Shown here piece by piece: positions 25,515-40,125 of a stretch of DNA of 64,000 nt. Positions within the stretch are counted from its first letter, which is position 1; each line of letters begins with the position of its first letter. A model generated the notes under the pieces. The model made no database searches, had not been told where the DNA came from, and saw only the letters and a program-made list of their open reading frames with translations. The position numbers and the translations under genes are program-made. Location: positions 17,571,132 through 17,635,131 of the forward strand of contig CM119268.1 of NCBI GenBank assembly GCA_051294375.1, read 5' to 3'. This DNA comes from Paraspadella gotoi (taxonomy: Eukaryota; Animalia; Chaetognatha).

Positions 25515-27454
25515 CGGAGACTGAAAAACGAAAGCATTTTGCGGAATTGAACTCCCCGTACAGAGAGAAGAGAAGAAGAGAGAGTGAGAGAGAAGAGCGA
25601 GAGAGAGAGTAGAGAGAGAGGAGAGAGAGAGAGAGAGGCTTAGAGAGTGCTTTTTTTATACTTTATGGGCGCCAAATTTAGTCCAATTTTTTTCGAAAAT
25701 AGTTGAAAATTCTTTTTATGTCTTGCACAAAAAATAATGGATTTTAAAGAAAGGATAAGGTTGACAAAAATGAAAGTCAAAAACCACAGCTAAATAAGAC
25801 GTCAAGTTTTTTTTTCATTTTTTTATTTAGAGATGAACTTTAGATTTTAAAAAGTACAAAAGAGAGAGAAAGAGAGAGAGAGAAGAGAGAAGAGAGAGAG
25901 AGAGAAGAGAAAAGAAGAGAGAAAACTAAACAAAATTACCAATGAATTAGTTTCATAGATTAATTCATTTGCTTTACATATATTTCAATATTTGTAAAAA
26001 AATATTATAATTGATTATTTTATATTTACAATTTAAATTTACATACCTCTAAATTCTAATATCAGTATTGTAATAACAGAATAAAGGAAAGGGAAGATTT
26101 ATTTTTTATGTTCTTTTTTAAGAACAACTGTTTATACTTTTTACATAAAGCTGTAAAGAATATTTTATATAAAAATTTAAACGTTTTTAACAAAAATACT
26201 TTTTTTTCTTCCTCCAACGTTAGCACCTCCCATTCTCGGCGACATCCAAAACGGCCATTCCGAATCACCCTCTTATTCCCTTTTACCCCTAACCTTGCCC
26301 CACCCCCCACTCCCCATCTCCCACCCAACCTCCATCATCTCTCCCCCCTCCACCCCCCCATTTTCCCATTTAGCGACGTCGACTCGACCGTCCCGCGTTG
26401 TTCCTGTGACGTCGGCCGCCAAAGAAATTGCCAAAGTGCAGAATCCGCAGAATTTCTCTCCTTCGCTTCTTCTTCCCTCTCCTTCTTCTCCCTCTTTTTC
26501 TTCTTCGTCTTCTTTGTCTCCTTCTTTTCTTCTTCTTCGCCTTCTTCTCCTTTCTCGTCTTATTGACTTCGTTTTCTTATTCTCCTTCTTCTTCTGCGTC
26601 GTCGTTCTCTTCTTTTTTCTCTTTGTCTCCTTCTTCCTCCTTCTCCTGTTCTCCTTCTTTTTTCTTCTCTGTTTCTCCATCGATAATAACGAGAGATATG
26701 AACCGCATTCACTCGATGTTTCTTTTTCTTTTCCCTTTTTTTGGTTGTCTTCTCAGTGCATCGGTTAAGTAGTCCATCTGTCTGTCCAGATGTATAAAGC
26801 AATAGTGAGATCCGTTTTTTACTACTATCTAGGAAAAAAGTATATAACATAATTCTTTTATTCAATAAAAAGTATACAAAACATGGGTAAAACAATATCA
26901 ATATTTGGTATGCCCTTCCTCGGCATCGACTACTGCCTGCATTAGTCTGGGTGTGATCTCATAGTGAAATGTTTTTCCACATCTATCACGCAATTCTTTT
27001 CAGCCCCGATGATGATGTTGCATGTCTTTTTTTNNNNNNNNNNNNNNNNNNNNNNNNNGTTCCTAAGAGGGTAATTTAGTATTTATAATAGCACTTTTTT
27101 CTGAACAAAAAGAGAGGTGTAGGCAATGGCCTTAGCATTGCCTAATTTAAATCAAAATAATAAAAAAAATCATACTGAACCTCTAATTAAAATAAAATTA
27201 CAAAAACAATACTAATATCTAAAAAATGAGGTGAGAAACCCTAAATGTATGATTTTTTTCAGCATTTTACCAGTATGAAAGTGAAGTAGACAGCGTAATT
27301 ATTGTTATGTCTAGTTGATGTAAAACGTCATTATCGAATACAACGACGGTTTGATTCAGTACAAAATCATATATCAGCAAACAAAAACAACAAAGACAGA
27401 CTAAGTCAAGCAAAAAACATCAAAATAGAGAGTGTGACGAGGAAACCGGTCAAT

Positions 27455-27630
27455 CAATAATACGCAGCCGTGAGTACGGATCAGGCTGTAACTATCATGT
27501 TATAGGCGGGTTAAGCGCCCCAGTCCCTCTTAACACTGCCAGGCGAGCCACCGGGCTTAGAAACCCCCGACCTTTGTATCGGAGCGAACTGAATTGGCCC
27601 TCCGGCACCTACATAGGCCGGCTCCTACAA
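27455..27630 (-). mobile_element. Possible SINE-like or structured repeat fragment
   Basis: GC-rich island in an AT-rich context. The minus strand has a tRNA-head-like layout (GCCGGCCTATGTAGG...GGTCGGGGGTTTCTAAGCCCGGTGGC) with a B-box-like motif. Confidence 0.25.
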
Positions 27631-28027
27631 TTGTATGAGAACGGTTTGTGTGATTTTATGATACCACACCGATTGAGTTAGTAACATATTTTCTACTTCT
27701 TCTCCTAAATGCTCTCTCAATGGAAGGAAGCGAATGAAAGAAAATTCAATGTAGATCCCGAAACATTCTGATTTTTCTAAAATCAAACAAGTTTTCAAAT
27801 AAATATCCTAGATACTAGTAACACGAGCGTGTGAAAAGATATAGGACTGGTCAGTGGTCACCCCTTGATCAACGTTTTTCTCTCTGGCTGTTGCTCTTGT
27901 CAAAGAAAGAAAGTTGGCCAGTCGTGAACGAAAATTCTTCACTTCAAAAGATTTTGTGATTGACTTCCAAAAGGCTTCTTTTATTAAAATTAAAATAATT
28001 CAAACTGTGTCTTGAGTTCTAGAAATG

Positions 28028-28082
<55 letters not shown>

Positions 28083-29817
28083 CCTTTTCACTCCCGTCTT
28101 TCTCTTCTCTCATTTTTATGGGGTGAAACATGAAAAAAGTAAATTGCAGATAAGAGAAAATTGGAAGAAGAGAGGGAGAAAGGGAGGAGGGATTGAAAAG
28201 GGTAAGATGAAGAGGAGGAGGAGGAGGAGGAGGAGTAAGAGGGGGTTATCGCAATTTTTTTTATTTAATCTAAAACGTTTATCTTCTTCAGACGTCCGTC
28301 GCGCAGACGACGTCGGCCAGCGGATATACCGTGGAAGAGAGCAGAAGGGAGAAAGGGAGCTGGGCAGGGAAAGAGGAAGGGAGAAAAAGATAAAGGAGAT
28401 AAGACGAGGGGAACGAGGTGGAAAGAAGACTGGGGAAGAGAGGTATGAAAATGAAAGAGAAAGCTCGGGGAACACAGGAGGGAAAATATGAGAAGAGAAG
28501 AAAGAGTTATGAGGAAATCGCCGGAGGAAAAAAAAATGTTGAAGGTGAGTGGGATTAGGAAGGAAAGGATGAAGAGGAGGGGGAAGAGGAGAAGGAGGAG
28601 GAGAAGGAGGAGGAAGAAAAGGGGGATGAAAAGAGAGAAGTGATGGATTCTAGACTGGGATACAAGAAACGAAAAAAAANNNNNNNNNNNNNNNNNNNNN
28701 NNNNNNNNNNNNNNNNNNNNNNNNNNNNNNNNNNNNNNNNNNNNNNNNNNNNNNNNNNNNNNNNNNNNNNNNNNNNNNNNNNNNNNNNNNNNNNNNNNNN
28801 NNNNNNNNNNNNNNNNNNNNNNNNNNNNNNNNNNNNNNNNNNNNNNNNNNNNNNNNNNNNNNNNNNNNNNNNNNNNNNNNNNNNNNNNNNNNNNNNNNNN
28901 NNNNNNNNNNNNNNNNNNNNNNNNNNNNNNNNNNNNNNNNNNNNNNNNNNNNNNNNNNNNNNNNNNNNNNNNNNNNNNNNNNNNNNNNNNNNNNNNNNNN
29001 NNNNNNNNNNNNNNNNNNNNNNNNNNNNNNNNTCGCTGCCCTTGGTTTCACTTACTTTTCATTACCGAGACATAACTATTGGACTTTTAACACATGTAGT
29101 AATATATTTAATTTTCTAGTTATAACCATTTTCCCTTTCCTTTTCATTTATTTTCTTTCCTCGCGTCTTTCATAATGTCTTGGCTTTTATCGCGGTTAAA
29201 ATGCAATCCCTTGGCTAGAAAAAAAGATCTTTTTCTGCTCGTCTCTCTCTCGCTCTCTCACAAAATATTTGTGCTAGTATAGTATGTAGGCTCAATAAAA
29301 AAAAGAGTACTAAGTAGTAACTCTTTGAGATGATTGCCTGTTAAAAGCGATCGAAAGAAAAGAATGACAAAAGCCACTGACATAAGCGATCACAAAATAG
29401 AATGACAAAAGTCAGTGACCGAACAATCCTTGTATTTTCGCCAACAGATCGGGCGAGAGTGGGCGTGGTCGGCGGGGGCGGATTCTTGCTGTTTTGGACA
29501 AAGTTTGTTCTTCTGCGAAACAAAACTCGTTCTCACTTGGGTCACAGCGCGAAAAACAGTTTTTACTTTTATATTAAGCATCTGGCGGTCGTTAAACGCA
29601 TCGGGCCAAAATGGTTTTATTCGCACGAGTTTGTTCGAAAAAGCAGAAAACTAAACATAAAAAAAAATCTATTCATTTATCGTATAAAAAAACTGGGCCA
29701 GAAAGGGACTTCCCCAGTAAAACTTGAAGACTTCGTGGAGTAACGGATTATCCGTTACGGAGCGTTTGATACTCAACGAGGAAACTCGTTTCAAAGCGGT
29801 GAATTGACCGCGCGATG

Positions 29818-29849
<32 letters not shown>

Positions 29850-31105
29850 NNNNNNNNNNNNNNNNNNNNNNNNNNNNNNNNNNNNNNNNNNNNNNNNNNN
29901 NNNNNNNNNNNNNNNNNNNNNNNNNNNNNNNNNNNNNNNNNNNNNNNNNNNNNNNNNNNNNNNNNNNNNNNNNNNNNNNNNNNNNNNNNNNNNNNNNNNN
30001 NNNNNNNNNNNNNNNNNNNNNNNNNNNNNNNNNNNNNNNNNNNNNNNNNNNNNNNNNNNNNNNNNNACGACGACGACGACGACGACAACGATGACGACGA
30101 TTTTAAAAAAGCGAATACGTACTTGAAAAGATTGTCATTCGCGGCAGAAGGATTCACTTTTTTTTTACAACACTTGGTTACCAAGACTTTAAAAAAAGAA
30201 GTAAATATCAGTGAGCATTGTCCGCGCGAGAAAGACGAAAATACTAGGATGTCGGTGACGTCATTCGTTGCAATCCTATTAATAGTAACGACGCCAACGA
30301 CAACGGAAATGAGAATCATAATTATGACGTTAAGGAGAACCTGCGTAGCAACTACGTAGATTCGTGACTAAAATATGTTATTAATTAATATGAAATCAAG
30401 TCGTTCCTAGTAAAAAAAGCCTTGGAATTTGCATTAGCCTTTTTTTGCAGTGATATCATTCGGATAATGTCAAAGTTTCTTCACTTTGGGAAACATTTTT
30501 TTTTTCTAGAAAACAACAAAGGGGATGACTAAATTTAGAGATCAGGGAAGAAATCAACGAAGACGACGACGACAACGACCAGAAATCATCCTGATGAAGG
30601 ACGAAAAAGACAATAACTACCCCGAAGAACTACATAGCAACGACGACGACGACTACAACGACGACTACGACGTCGACCAACAACGTGAGGACAACGACCC
30701 AGACGAGCGACGACGACGACGACGACGACAAAGACGATGACGACGACGGAGAACCGAAGAATGAGCCAACCAACGGACCGGGTCCGCGCGCACTCCCGAC
30801 GACGACGACTAAACCGACGACGACGATGATGATGATGTTACTGACACGGCAATCCCTCTCCGGGCGGCTTTAGCGCGCCCCCNNNNNNNNNNNNNNNNNN
30901 NNNNNNNNNNNNNNNNNNNNNNNNNNNNNNNNNNNNNNNNNNNNNNNNNNNNNNNNNNNNNNNNNNNNNNNNNNNNNNNNNNNNNNNNNNNNNNNNNNNN
31001 NNNNNNNNNNNNNNNNNNNNNNNNNNNNNNNNNNNNNNNNNNNNNNNNNNNNNNNNNNNNNNNNNNNNNNNNNNNNNNNNNNNNNNNNNNNNNNNNNNNN
31101 NNNNN

Positions 31106-31142
<37 letters not shown>

Positions 31143-31908
31143 GAGCGCAAGAAAGGTAACGATGTTGACGACGCCAGAGGCTGCCAACGTTCGCTGGCCG
31201 TTTCTTGATTCGTGGCGCCACCGATGCGTCTCATCCTCTCATCTACGATTTTTTCGACGTCGCTTCTCTACTTTCTTCATTTCGCGGCCAACGACGCCGA
31301 CACCGCCATCGCCTCCCTATCCACCGCCACCGCCATCTCTCGGCCACGCCCCCCTCCGCCACTGCGCCTTTGCCCGGCGACGAAGGATGGCGCTGTTCCC
31401 CAGATGCGGGGCTCTCCCATAAAAGGCGCAGGCCACTTAACCCTGAATGGCGGCGCATCGGACGTCCGCCGTTTTCTTCTATTGGCAACTGTTTCGTTCT
31501 TTGTCTTACTTCTTCTTTTTTTTCACTCACTGTTTTGTTTGATCCTTTTTTTTTTCTCTTCTCCACTGTTTTACTAATCTATTTTTACATGTTTTATTTT
31601 AGCATCCTTCTCTAAGTTTTTCTTTCTTAAATTGTTTTAATCTATCACTCTGAATTCCACGCGTTACCCTCCCTAAAGTTTTTTTGTACAGTCTAGCTTC
31701 CTTTCTTGTTTTCTTCTTTTATCTCCCACCGTTTTGTTTATCTCGAGCGCAATTATGACGCGGACACCCAGTGGCTTGAAAATGCAGCGTCTCAAAAGTG
31801 TCTGGCGCTGCAGCGCAGCAGCCTCAGCGTCGGTATTTCGATTGCCTCGATATCTTTGTCTTAACTAAACGTTTTAGATAGTTTTAGATAGCAGCTGATA
31901 GATAGTAG

Positions 31909-32003
<95 letters not shown>
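31909..32003. repeat. (TAGA)n microsatellite
   Basis: Perfect tetranucleotide run; another at about 31106-31141. Confidence 0.97.
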
Positions 32004-32279
32004 TAGCTGTCGTCTATGTCGTTTCGTCGATGTTGACGCTTTTGTTGTAGTTGCCACTTTTCTTTTGGGTGCGTACTGTATGTAAGATGCAAACATTTTT
32101 TTGATTAATACTCATCATTTTTTGCAGCACGTTATAAAACTTAAAATATAACATATTTTGATAACAATGTATAACAAGATTGACATTCTAAGGTTTACAT
32201 GTCACAAATTCCTTCACGATGATCACATCTGATCGCTCTGGATCAATATCGGGTGAACCTTTCTCGTCGGGACTCCACA

Positions 32280-32338
32280 GTGAACGCCGCCCGTGAACGC
32301 CGCCCGTAAACGCCGCACGTGAACGCCGCCCCGTGAAC
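32280..32338. repeat. 13-bp tandem repeat GTGAACGCCGCCC, about 4.5 copies
   Basis: Directly visible. Confidence 0.9.
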
Positions 32339-32472
32339 AGCTCGCAGGCGCGAAAGCCTCGTTTCTGCTGACGCGACTCAGGAATAAAAAAAAAAACGAT
32401 TGGCGACGCAGAACGTGGAGTGGCAAATCGCGGAAAATGCTTTGGTGCCACGGAGAAGAGAGAGAGAGAGAG

Positions 32473-32529
<57 letters not shown>

Positions 32530-32877
32530 AGAAGAGAGAGAGGAAAGTGTGAAACGAGGATGGGAGCCAAACCAATTTACGAATCACTGCTCCTTTTATT
32601 CGCGCTCCTTTACCCCAATTTTTCCTATTCTCTTTTGTGGAACTCACTCTTTCTCTCTTTTTTTTTCTTTTTTCCCATTATTATTTGACTTTTTTTTCAC
32701 CATTTTAATTTCTTTTACTGTGACCTCACATCTAGTTTTTACCGTTCCTTAGTTCGAAAATAGTTAATCAACTTATTACTTATAACTTATTACCAATCTT
32801 CGTTCGCTAATCCAAAAATCATATAAGAAAACTAATAGATAGTCAGTTTTAAAACTTTCAAATAAACAAAAAACAAC

Positions 32878-32950
32878 TACCCCCGGCGGGACTCGAACCC
32901 GCAATCTTTGAATTAGAAGTCCAACGCCTTATCCATTAGGCCACGGGGGC
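32878..32950 (-). tRNA. tRNA-Arg-TCT: tRNA-Arg(TCT), intronless
   Basis: GCCCCCGTGGCCTAATGGATAAGGCGTTGGACTTCTAATTCAAAGATTGCGGGTTCGAGTCCCGCCGGGGGTA (73 nt): full cloverleaf, anticodon loop CTTCTAA, A and B boxes, T6 Pol III terminator just downstream. Confidence 0.96.
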
Positions 32951-33239
32951 TTGAGTTGCTAAAGGAAGTCAAAAAAGGGAACAAAATCTTGTCAACTTTT
33001 TCTTCTCTCATTCTCACGCTTTTCTTCTTCTTCTTCTTCATTCGAAAGCGTCAGCGATTAAAACCATTTTCCCGCTGCTCCGCGGCTCTGTTGGATGCTG
33101 GCTGCGATCTCTGTCACACTCGCGCTGGAACACGAAAGTGAGACGTCAGAGTAAAATAAACGGAAAATTGAATATAAAAAGTTATTTCTGTAATTAAAAT
33201 AGAAAAAGCTCCTGTTTAGATAGTATTTTTTCACTATTG

Positions 33240-33544
33240 GGGGATATTTGTCTTTATTACACTATTATCCATTTACTATGGAATGTTATCAACTTTTAAA
33301 ATCGCTGCTCATTTGTTTCTGAATGAAGAGAGTGTTCTATCCGCCGTCGACACCTACGAAGATCGATTTAATGAAACGAACTTCGAACGATCGTAGAAAC
33401 TGTGACTGAGCACTTAGCATTAGTAAAATAGCTAAAAAGCTTACATAAAGCAATTATGTTTTATTTGTTATAACATTGTTGGGAAGACGTCGCCTCCTCT
33501 GTCACTAAGAGTGGTGGCTGGGGACTGGTCTAATGTTAGGGAAT

Positions 33545-33588
<44 letters not shown>

Positions 33589-35729
33589 TCTTACCTCTCT
33601 AAATGGCACTTCCACATCTTCCATTTTTATGACAGTCTTCTTTCCATCTTCAATGATTTACGGTTCGTCCTCGGTCGTGCATCATACACGACGGTGTCGT
33701 CGTCGTCGTCGTCGTCGTCGTCGTCCTCATCTTCGTCGTCGATGTCGTTTTTGATATTGTTTCTCACTTCGTCGTCGATGTTGTTGTGGTTATTTCAATC
33801 GTGGTGTTTGTATCATCGTCATCATAAGCGTCATATTTTTCCTGATCAATGACAATGTTGTGTTTTTCATCGTGATCCCGATTTTCTTTTTCTTCTTCTT
33901 CGTCGTCGTCGTCTTCGTAGTCGTCGTCGTCGTCACCTGCGTTTGTTTGGAAAAACAAATCGAAGCTGTTTTCAAAACACGTTTGCTCGTTCGTCGTCGT
34001 CATTGTCGTCGTCGACGTTGCGTTTTTGTAAAAATGATTGTCTTTCCTGTCGAAAATTTGGTATCCTTTGTTGTTTTATGGAAATTGTCTGGGTTAAATT
34101 CCGTCGTTACACTACTGGTCGTCGCGGTTTGTATAGTCGTCGTTGAGGTTATTTTAAAATTCATAATCGTAGCTCCACTCATTCATCATCAAAATATACA
34201 AAAGTTCTCTCTCTTAACTTTTTTCGAACAAACAACCAAAAAAAAAACAATCTTCGTCTTCGACGGTGAGTTTTCGCGGGTGAGTTTTTCGGCGCTGAGG
34301 TTGGTTCCTTCAATCTCAGTAAATCGAAGACGCCGTCGCTGGAAATCGAATAAAGCGATTGGGACGACCGAGAGGGAGAGAAGTGGGGTGGGGGTGCTTG
34401 GAGAAGGAGAGCGGGGAAGGGAAGGATGAGGAAGGTGGAGCTAGCGGTAAGAGAGAGGGGTATAGGAGTGAGGAAAGGGGAGCAAGGGTAAAAGGAGATG
34501 AGTATATGTGTGAGGAAAGGAGAGCAAGGGTAAGAGGAGAGGGGTATTGGAGTTGTAATCAAGTTATAAATGGGGAAAATTCACGTACATGAAAAAAAAA
34601 GTTAACAGATAGGGAATGGAAAGAAAGCGAACTGCGAAGTGAGGGACCGTACGATGGGATTGAAACGTAAGCGAAAAACGAGGGGATGACGCAGAATTTA
34701 GGTTGTACTAGATTTCCGCAAATGACTTTGAGGAGGCAAAGGTTTCACTATCAAGATTGAAGCGAAAGTAAGGAATAGGAGCCCCGCGAGTGAATTGGGA
34801 TTCAGGGATTAGGGGACAGCGATTGTAGCTCTGAGATTGAATCGCGACAAAGCCAATGACGGCATAGATTGATGCAACGAGATTGAGGTGAAAACTTCGG
34901 GCGGAATTTAAACGGATACAAAATTTGGGCACTAACCGGGTTGTAAAGATAAAGCTTGGGGTAGAGATGGTTAAAAAAAAACAGGAGATTAATTTAAGGG
35001 TTCGGGCTTGGGAAATTGGGCTTGGGGTATTGTATTAGAAAAATTGGGCTTTAAGAATTAAGCTTTGGGAATTGGGTTCCGAGAATCGGGTGGAAGCAAT
35101 TGGGTCGCGCGCGCGGAGTAAGTGGAAGAAACGTCATCAAAATCGAATTAGTGATTTGCGGGTCCGACGGGCGGTAGAGTGGACGGCATAGAGAACGGTA
35201 GAGCGGACGGAAATTCGTATGGTAAAGTGGACGGCATAGAGAACGGCAGAGCGGACGGCAAAGCGTATGGTAAAGCGGACGGCATAGAGGACGGTAGAGA
35301 GGAAGGCTGAAAGGACGGCAGAGAGTATGGCAGAAAGGAAGGTAAAGAGAATGGTATAGAGGACGGCAGAGAAGATGGCAGAGCGGACGGCAAAACTGTA
35401 CAAATCTTTCTACAAAGCAGACAGCACCGCAGACGGCAATTAGACTCCAACGCAAACGGCATATCAGACAACAATGTTAAGGGGACCGTGCTTTAATTCC
35501 AAGCTGCTGACAACAATTTTAAGGGGACCGTGCAGGAATTTCACGCTGGGTACAAATTGCGGACGTAGGAAAAGTCTCTTTGCGGGAGGGGGATTCGATT
35601 CTTGACAATTGGCTGAAAGACGGAGAGAGAATATGCAAGAGAAAGAGGTTCCGGGACAGAAGATGACCAGGGCGGGGCATTCAGATGATTTTTGGAGATT
35701 TAGACCCATTGGCTTTGTCAACGGTGCCA

Positions 35730-35783
<54 letters not shown>

Positions 35784-35807
35784 GTCTCTCTCAGATCCTT
35801 CTCCCTC

Positions 35808-35864
<57 letters not shown>

Positions 35865-37129
35865 CTCCTCTCTCCATCTCTCTCTTCTCCTCTCTTTCGC
35901 TCGCTAATCCTCTCTCTCTCTTTCTCTCTCTTCTTCGCGTTCGTCTTCTCGTCTCTGAAGTCTCCACTCTCGTCTCTTCTCCATCCTATTCTCTCTCAAT
36001 CTCTCCTCTCTCTCTCTTGATCGCTCGCGGTCCTTCGCCTCATCTTCCTCCCTCTCGTCTCTTTCTCTCTCGTTCTCTTTCTCTTTCTCTCTTTCTCTCT
36101 CTCTGAAATTGAGTCAACCAACTTGTTCGGCAACATTGTTGTTGTTATTGTTATTGTTTCTATTCGGATTCCTAAAACAAATACTTATGAAACGAGAAAT
36201 TTCATGCGAACTCTGGCGGAGAAAAACATATGTTTGAGGAAATTGAAAGAATTTGGCGAATGAATCGAAGGAGGAGTTGAAACTCTTAAGTGGCGAAACA
36301 GAAGATGGTGATGGTTTAAGGGACGTTAATTGGGGTGGAGCCACAAGGAAGGTTTTTTTGGCTTAAGATAGAAACACGTGATACAAGAATCGATCGAGGG
36401 GCGATTTGGGGCCAGGGGCGGGTCAGGGGTCAACATAAGAATTCCTCACGTTTCCCTTCGTCACGTGACTTACCACCGACTCCTACCAAACAAACCCGCC
36501 CCGAACACCACTCACCCAATTTCGGGGCACTACTCTGGGCACCCCTGACCCGCCCTGGCCCCAAATCGCCGCCTCGTCGATTCTTGTATCACCGTGTTTT
36601 CTTATCTTAAGCAAAAAAAAACCTTCCTTGTGGCTCCACCCCAATTAACGTGCCCTTAAACATCACCATCTTTCTGTTTCGCCACTTAAGAGGTTTTAAT
36701 CCTCCTTCGATTCATTCGCCCGCAAATTCTTTTTTATTTTCAATTTCCTCAAACATATGGTTCTTCTCCGCAGATTCGCATGAAATTTCTCGTTTCATAA
36801 GTATTTTTTTAGGAATCCGAATTAGAAAACAATACCAATAACAAGCACACAATGTTGCCGAACAGTTGGTGACTCCAATTTCAGAGAGCAGAGGAAAGAG
36901 AGAAACGAGAGAAAAAGAGACGAGAGGGAGGAAGATGAGGCGAAGGACCGCGAGCGATCAAGAGAGAGAGAGGAGAGATTGAGAGAGAATAGGATGGAGA
37001 AGAGACGAGAGTGGAGACTTCAGAGACGAGAAGACGAACGCGAAGAAGAGAGAGGAGAAAGAGAGAGAGAGAGAAATAGCGAGACGGAGAGAGGAGAGAG
37101 AGAGATGAGGAGAGGAGAGAGAGAGAAAG

Positions 37130-37167
<38 letters not shown>

Positions 37168-37191
37168 GAGGGAGAAGGATCTGAGAGAGAC

Positions 37192-37230
<39 letters not shown>

Positions 37231-39471
37231 AGAAAGAGAGAGAGAAGAGAGAGAGAGAGAAGAGAGAGAGGAGAGAGAAAGCGTGGCAACCGTTGACAAA
37301 GCCATGGAATCTAAATCTCTAAAAATCAATCTGAATGCCCGCCCTGTTCATCTTCTGGTCCCCGAACCTCTTTCTCTTTCTTATTCTCCTCTCCGTCTTT
37401 TCAGCCAATTTGTCAAGAATCGGGAATCCCCCTTCCCGCAAAGAGACTGTTCTACGTCCGCAATTGTACCCAGCGTGAAATTCCTTGCACTCCCCTTAAA
37501 AATGTTTAGTCAGCAGCTTGGAATTAAAGCACGGGTCCCCCTTAACATTTGTTGTTTGAGATGCCGTTTGGCGTTGGAGTCTAATTGCGTCTGCGGGCTG
37601 TCTGCTTTTGTAAAAGATTTGTACAGTTTTGCCGTCGCTCTGCCATCTTCTCTGCCGGTCCTCTATACCATTCTCTTTACCTTCCTTTCTTGCCATTTTA
37701 CTCTCTGCGTCCTTTCAGCCTTTCCTCTTCTACCGTCCTCTATGCCGTCGCTTACCATACGCATTGCCCGCGTTCCGCTCTGCCGTTCCTCTATGCCGTC
37801 CACTTTACCATACAAATTCCGTCCGCTTCACCGTCTCTATGCCGTCCACTTACGCCCGTCGGACCGCAAATCACTAAATTCGATTTTGATGACGTTTCTT
37901 CCACTTGCTTCAGCGCGCGACCCATTGCTTTTCCACCCGATTCTCGGAAACCCAATTCCCAAAGCTTAACTCTTAAAGCCAATTTTTCTAATACAATGCC
38001 CCAAGCCCAACTTTCCCAAGCCCGGATCCCTTAAATTAATCTCCTGTTTTTTTTCTTAACATCTCTACCCCAAGCTTTTAGTCTTTACAACCCGGTTTAG
38101 TGCCCAAATTTTGTATCCGTTTAAATTCGCCCGAGCTTTTCACTTCAATCTCGTTGCATCAATCTATGCCGTTCTTGGCTTCTGTGCGCGATTCAATCTC
38201 AGAGCTACAATCGCTGTCCCCTAATCCCTGAATCCCAATTTCACTCGCGGGGCTCCATTCCTTTAACTTTCGCTTCAATCTTGATAGTAAACCTTTGCCT
38301 TCCTCAAGTCATTTACGGAAACTAGTACAACCTAAATTCTGCGTCATCCCCTCGGTTTTTTCGTTACCGTTTCAAGCCATCGTACGGTCCCTCACTTCGC
38401 AGTTCGCTTTCTTTCCATTCCCTATCTGTTAACTTTTTTTTTCATGTACGTGAATTTTCCCCATTTTATAACTTGGATTACAACTCCAATACCCCGTCTC
38501 CTCTTACCCTTGCTCTCCTTTCCTCACACATATACTCATCTCCTTTTACCCTAGCTCCCCTTTCCTCACCCTTATACCCCTCTCTCTTACCGCTAGCTCC
38601 CCTTCTCACTTCCCTTCCCCGCTCTCCTTCTCCTAAGCACCCCCACCCCACTTCTCTCCCTTCTCGGTCGTCCCAATCGCTTTAAATTCGATTTCCAGGA
38701 CGCGTTCTTCGGGATGTTACTGAGATTGACAGGAACCCAACCTCAGCGCCGAAAACTCACCCGCGAAAACTCACCGTCGAAGACGAAGATTGTTTTTTTT
38801 TTGGTTTTTTTTGTTTTTTGTTCGAAAAAAGTTAAGAGAGAGAAACTTTTGTATATTTTGATCATGAATGAGTGGAGCCGATTTAGAATTTTAAATAACC
38901 ATCAAACGTGACGACTAAACAAACCGCGACGACCAGTAGTTTAAACGACGGAATTTAACCCAGACAATTTCCATAAAAACAACAAAGGATACAAAATTTT
39001 CGACAGGTAAAGACATCATTTTACAAAAACGCAACGTCGACGACGACAATGACGACGACGAACGAGCAAACGTGTTTTTGAAAACAGCTTCGATTTGTTT
39101 TTCCAAACAAACGCATGGTGACGACGACGACTGACGAAGACGACGACGACGGGTGAGAAGAAGAAAAAGAAAAATCGGGATCACGATGAAAAACACAACA
39201 TTGTCATTGATCAGGAAAATATGACGCTTTATGATGACGATGATACAAAACACCACGATTGAAATAACCACAACAACATCGACGACGAGTGAGAAAACAA
39301 TATCAAACGACATCGACGACGAGATTGAGGACGACGACCGGACGACGACGACGACGTACAACCGTCTGTAGTGATGCACGACCCGAGGACGAACCGTAAA
39401 TCATTGAGATGGAAAGAAGACGTCATAAAAATGGAAGATGTGGAAGTTGCCCATTATTAGAGAGGTGAAGA

Positions 39472-39567
<96 letters not shown>

Positions 39568-39867
39568 ATTCCCTAACATTTAGACCAGTCCCCAGCCACC
39601 ACTCTAGTGACAGAGGAGGGGACGTCTTTCAACAATGTTATAACAAAATAAAACATAATTGCTTTATGTAAGCTTTTTAGCTATTTTACTAATGCTAAGT
39701 GCTCAGTCACAGTTTCTTACGATCGTTCGAAGTTCGTTTCATTAAATCGATCTGCGTAGGTGTCGACGGCGGATAGAACACTCTCTTCATTCAGAACAAT
39801 GAGCAGCGATTTTAAAGTGATAACATTCCATAGTAAATGATAATAGTGTAATAAAGACAATATCCCC
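33240..39867. repeat. 6.6-kb imperfect palindrome (arms 33240-36430 and 36541-39867, 110-bp spacer); probable long-read artefact
   Basis: The arms are reverse complements throughout, e.g. GGCGGGTCAGGGGT/ACCCCTGACCCGCC at the centre and GGGGATATTTGTCTTTATTACAC/GTGTAATAAAGACAATATCCCC at the ends, with many 1-bp indels. Confidence 0.92.
35165..35395. repeat. 12-bp-unit minisatellite (GGACGGCATAGA variants); mirrored at about 37630-37860
   Basis: Directly visible tandem units; explains the repetitive CRPL/PSAL ORFs. Confidence 0.9.
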
Positions 39868-39916
39868 ATCTCTCTTCTTNNNNNNNNNNNNNNNNNNNNN
39901 NNNNGTCGTCGGTCAA

Positions 39917-40125
39917 GAAAATGAGATGAATGATGAAGAAATGAGATGAATGAATAAAAAATGAGATGAAGAAATTAGATGAATGATGAATAAATGAGAT
40001 GAATGATGAAGAATGAGACGAGAAAAAAATGAGAAAAAAATAAGATGAATGATGAAGAAATTAGATGAATGATGAAGAATGAGATGAGAAAAAAATTATA
40101 ACAAAATGAGATGAATGATGAAGAA
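39917..40125. repeat. Minisatellite, unit about GAAATGAGATGAATGATGAA
   Basis: Directly visible tandem ~20-bp units. Confidence 0.85.

Noticed and set aside
30591-30612. CTGATGA...GAAA hammerhead-like string (also 25046, 44505)
   Set aside because: No stem II, stem III or cleavage-site geometry.
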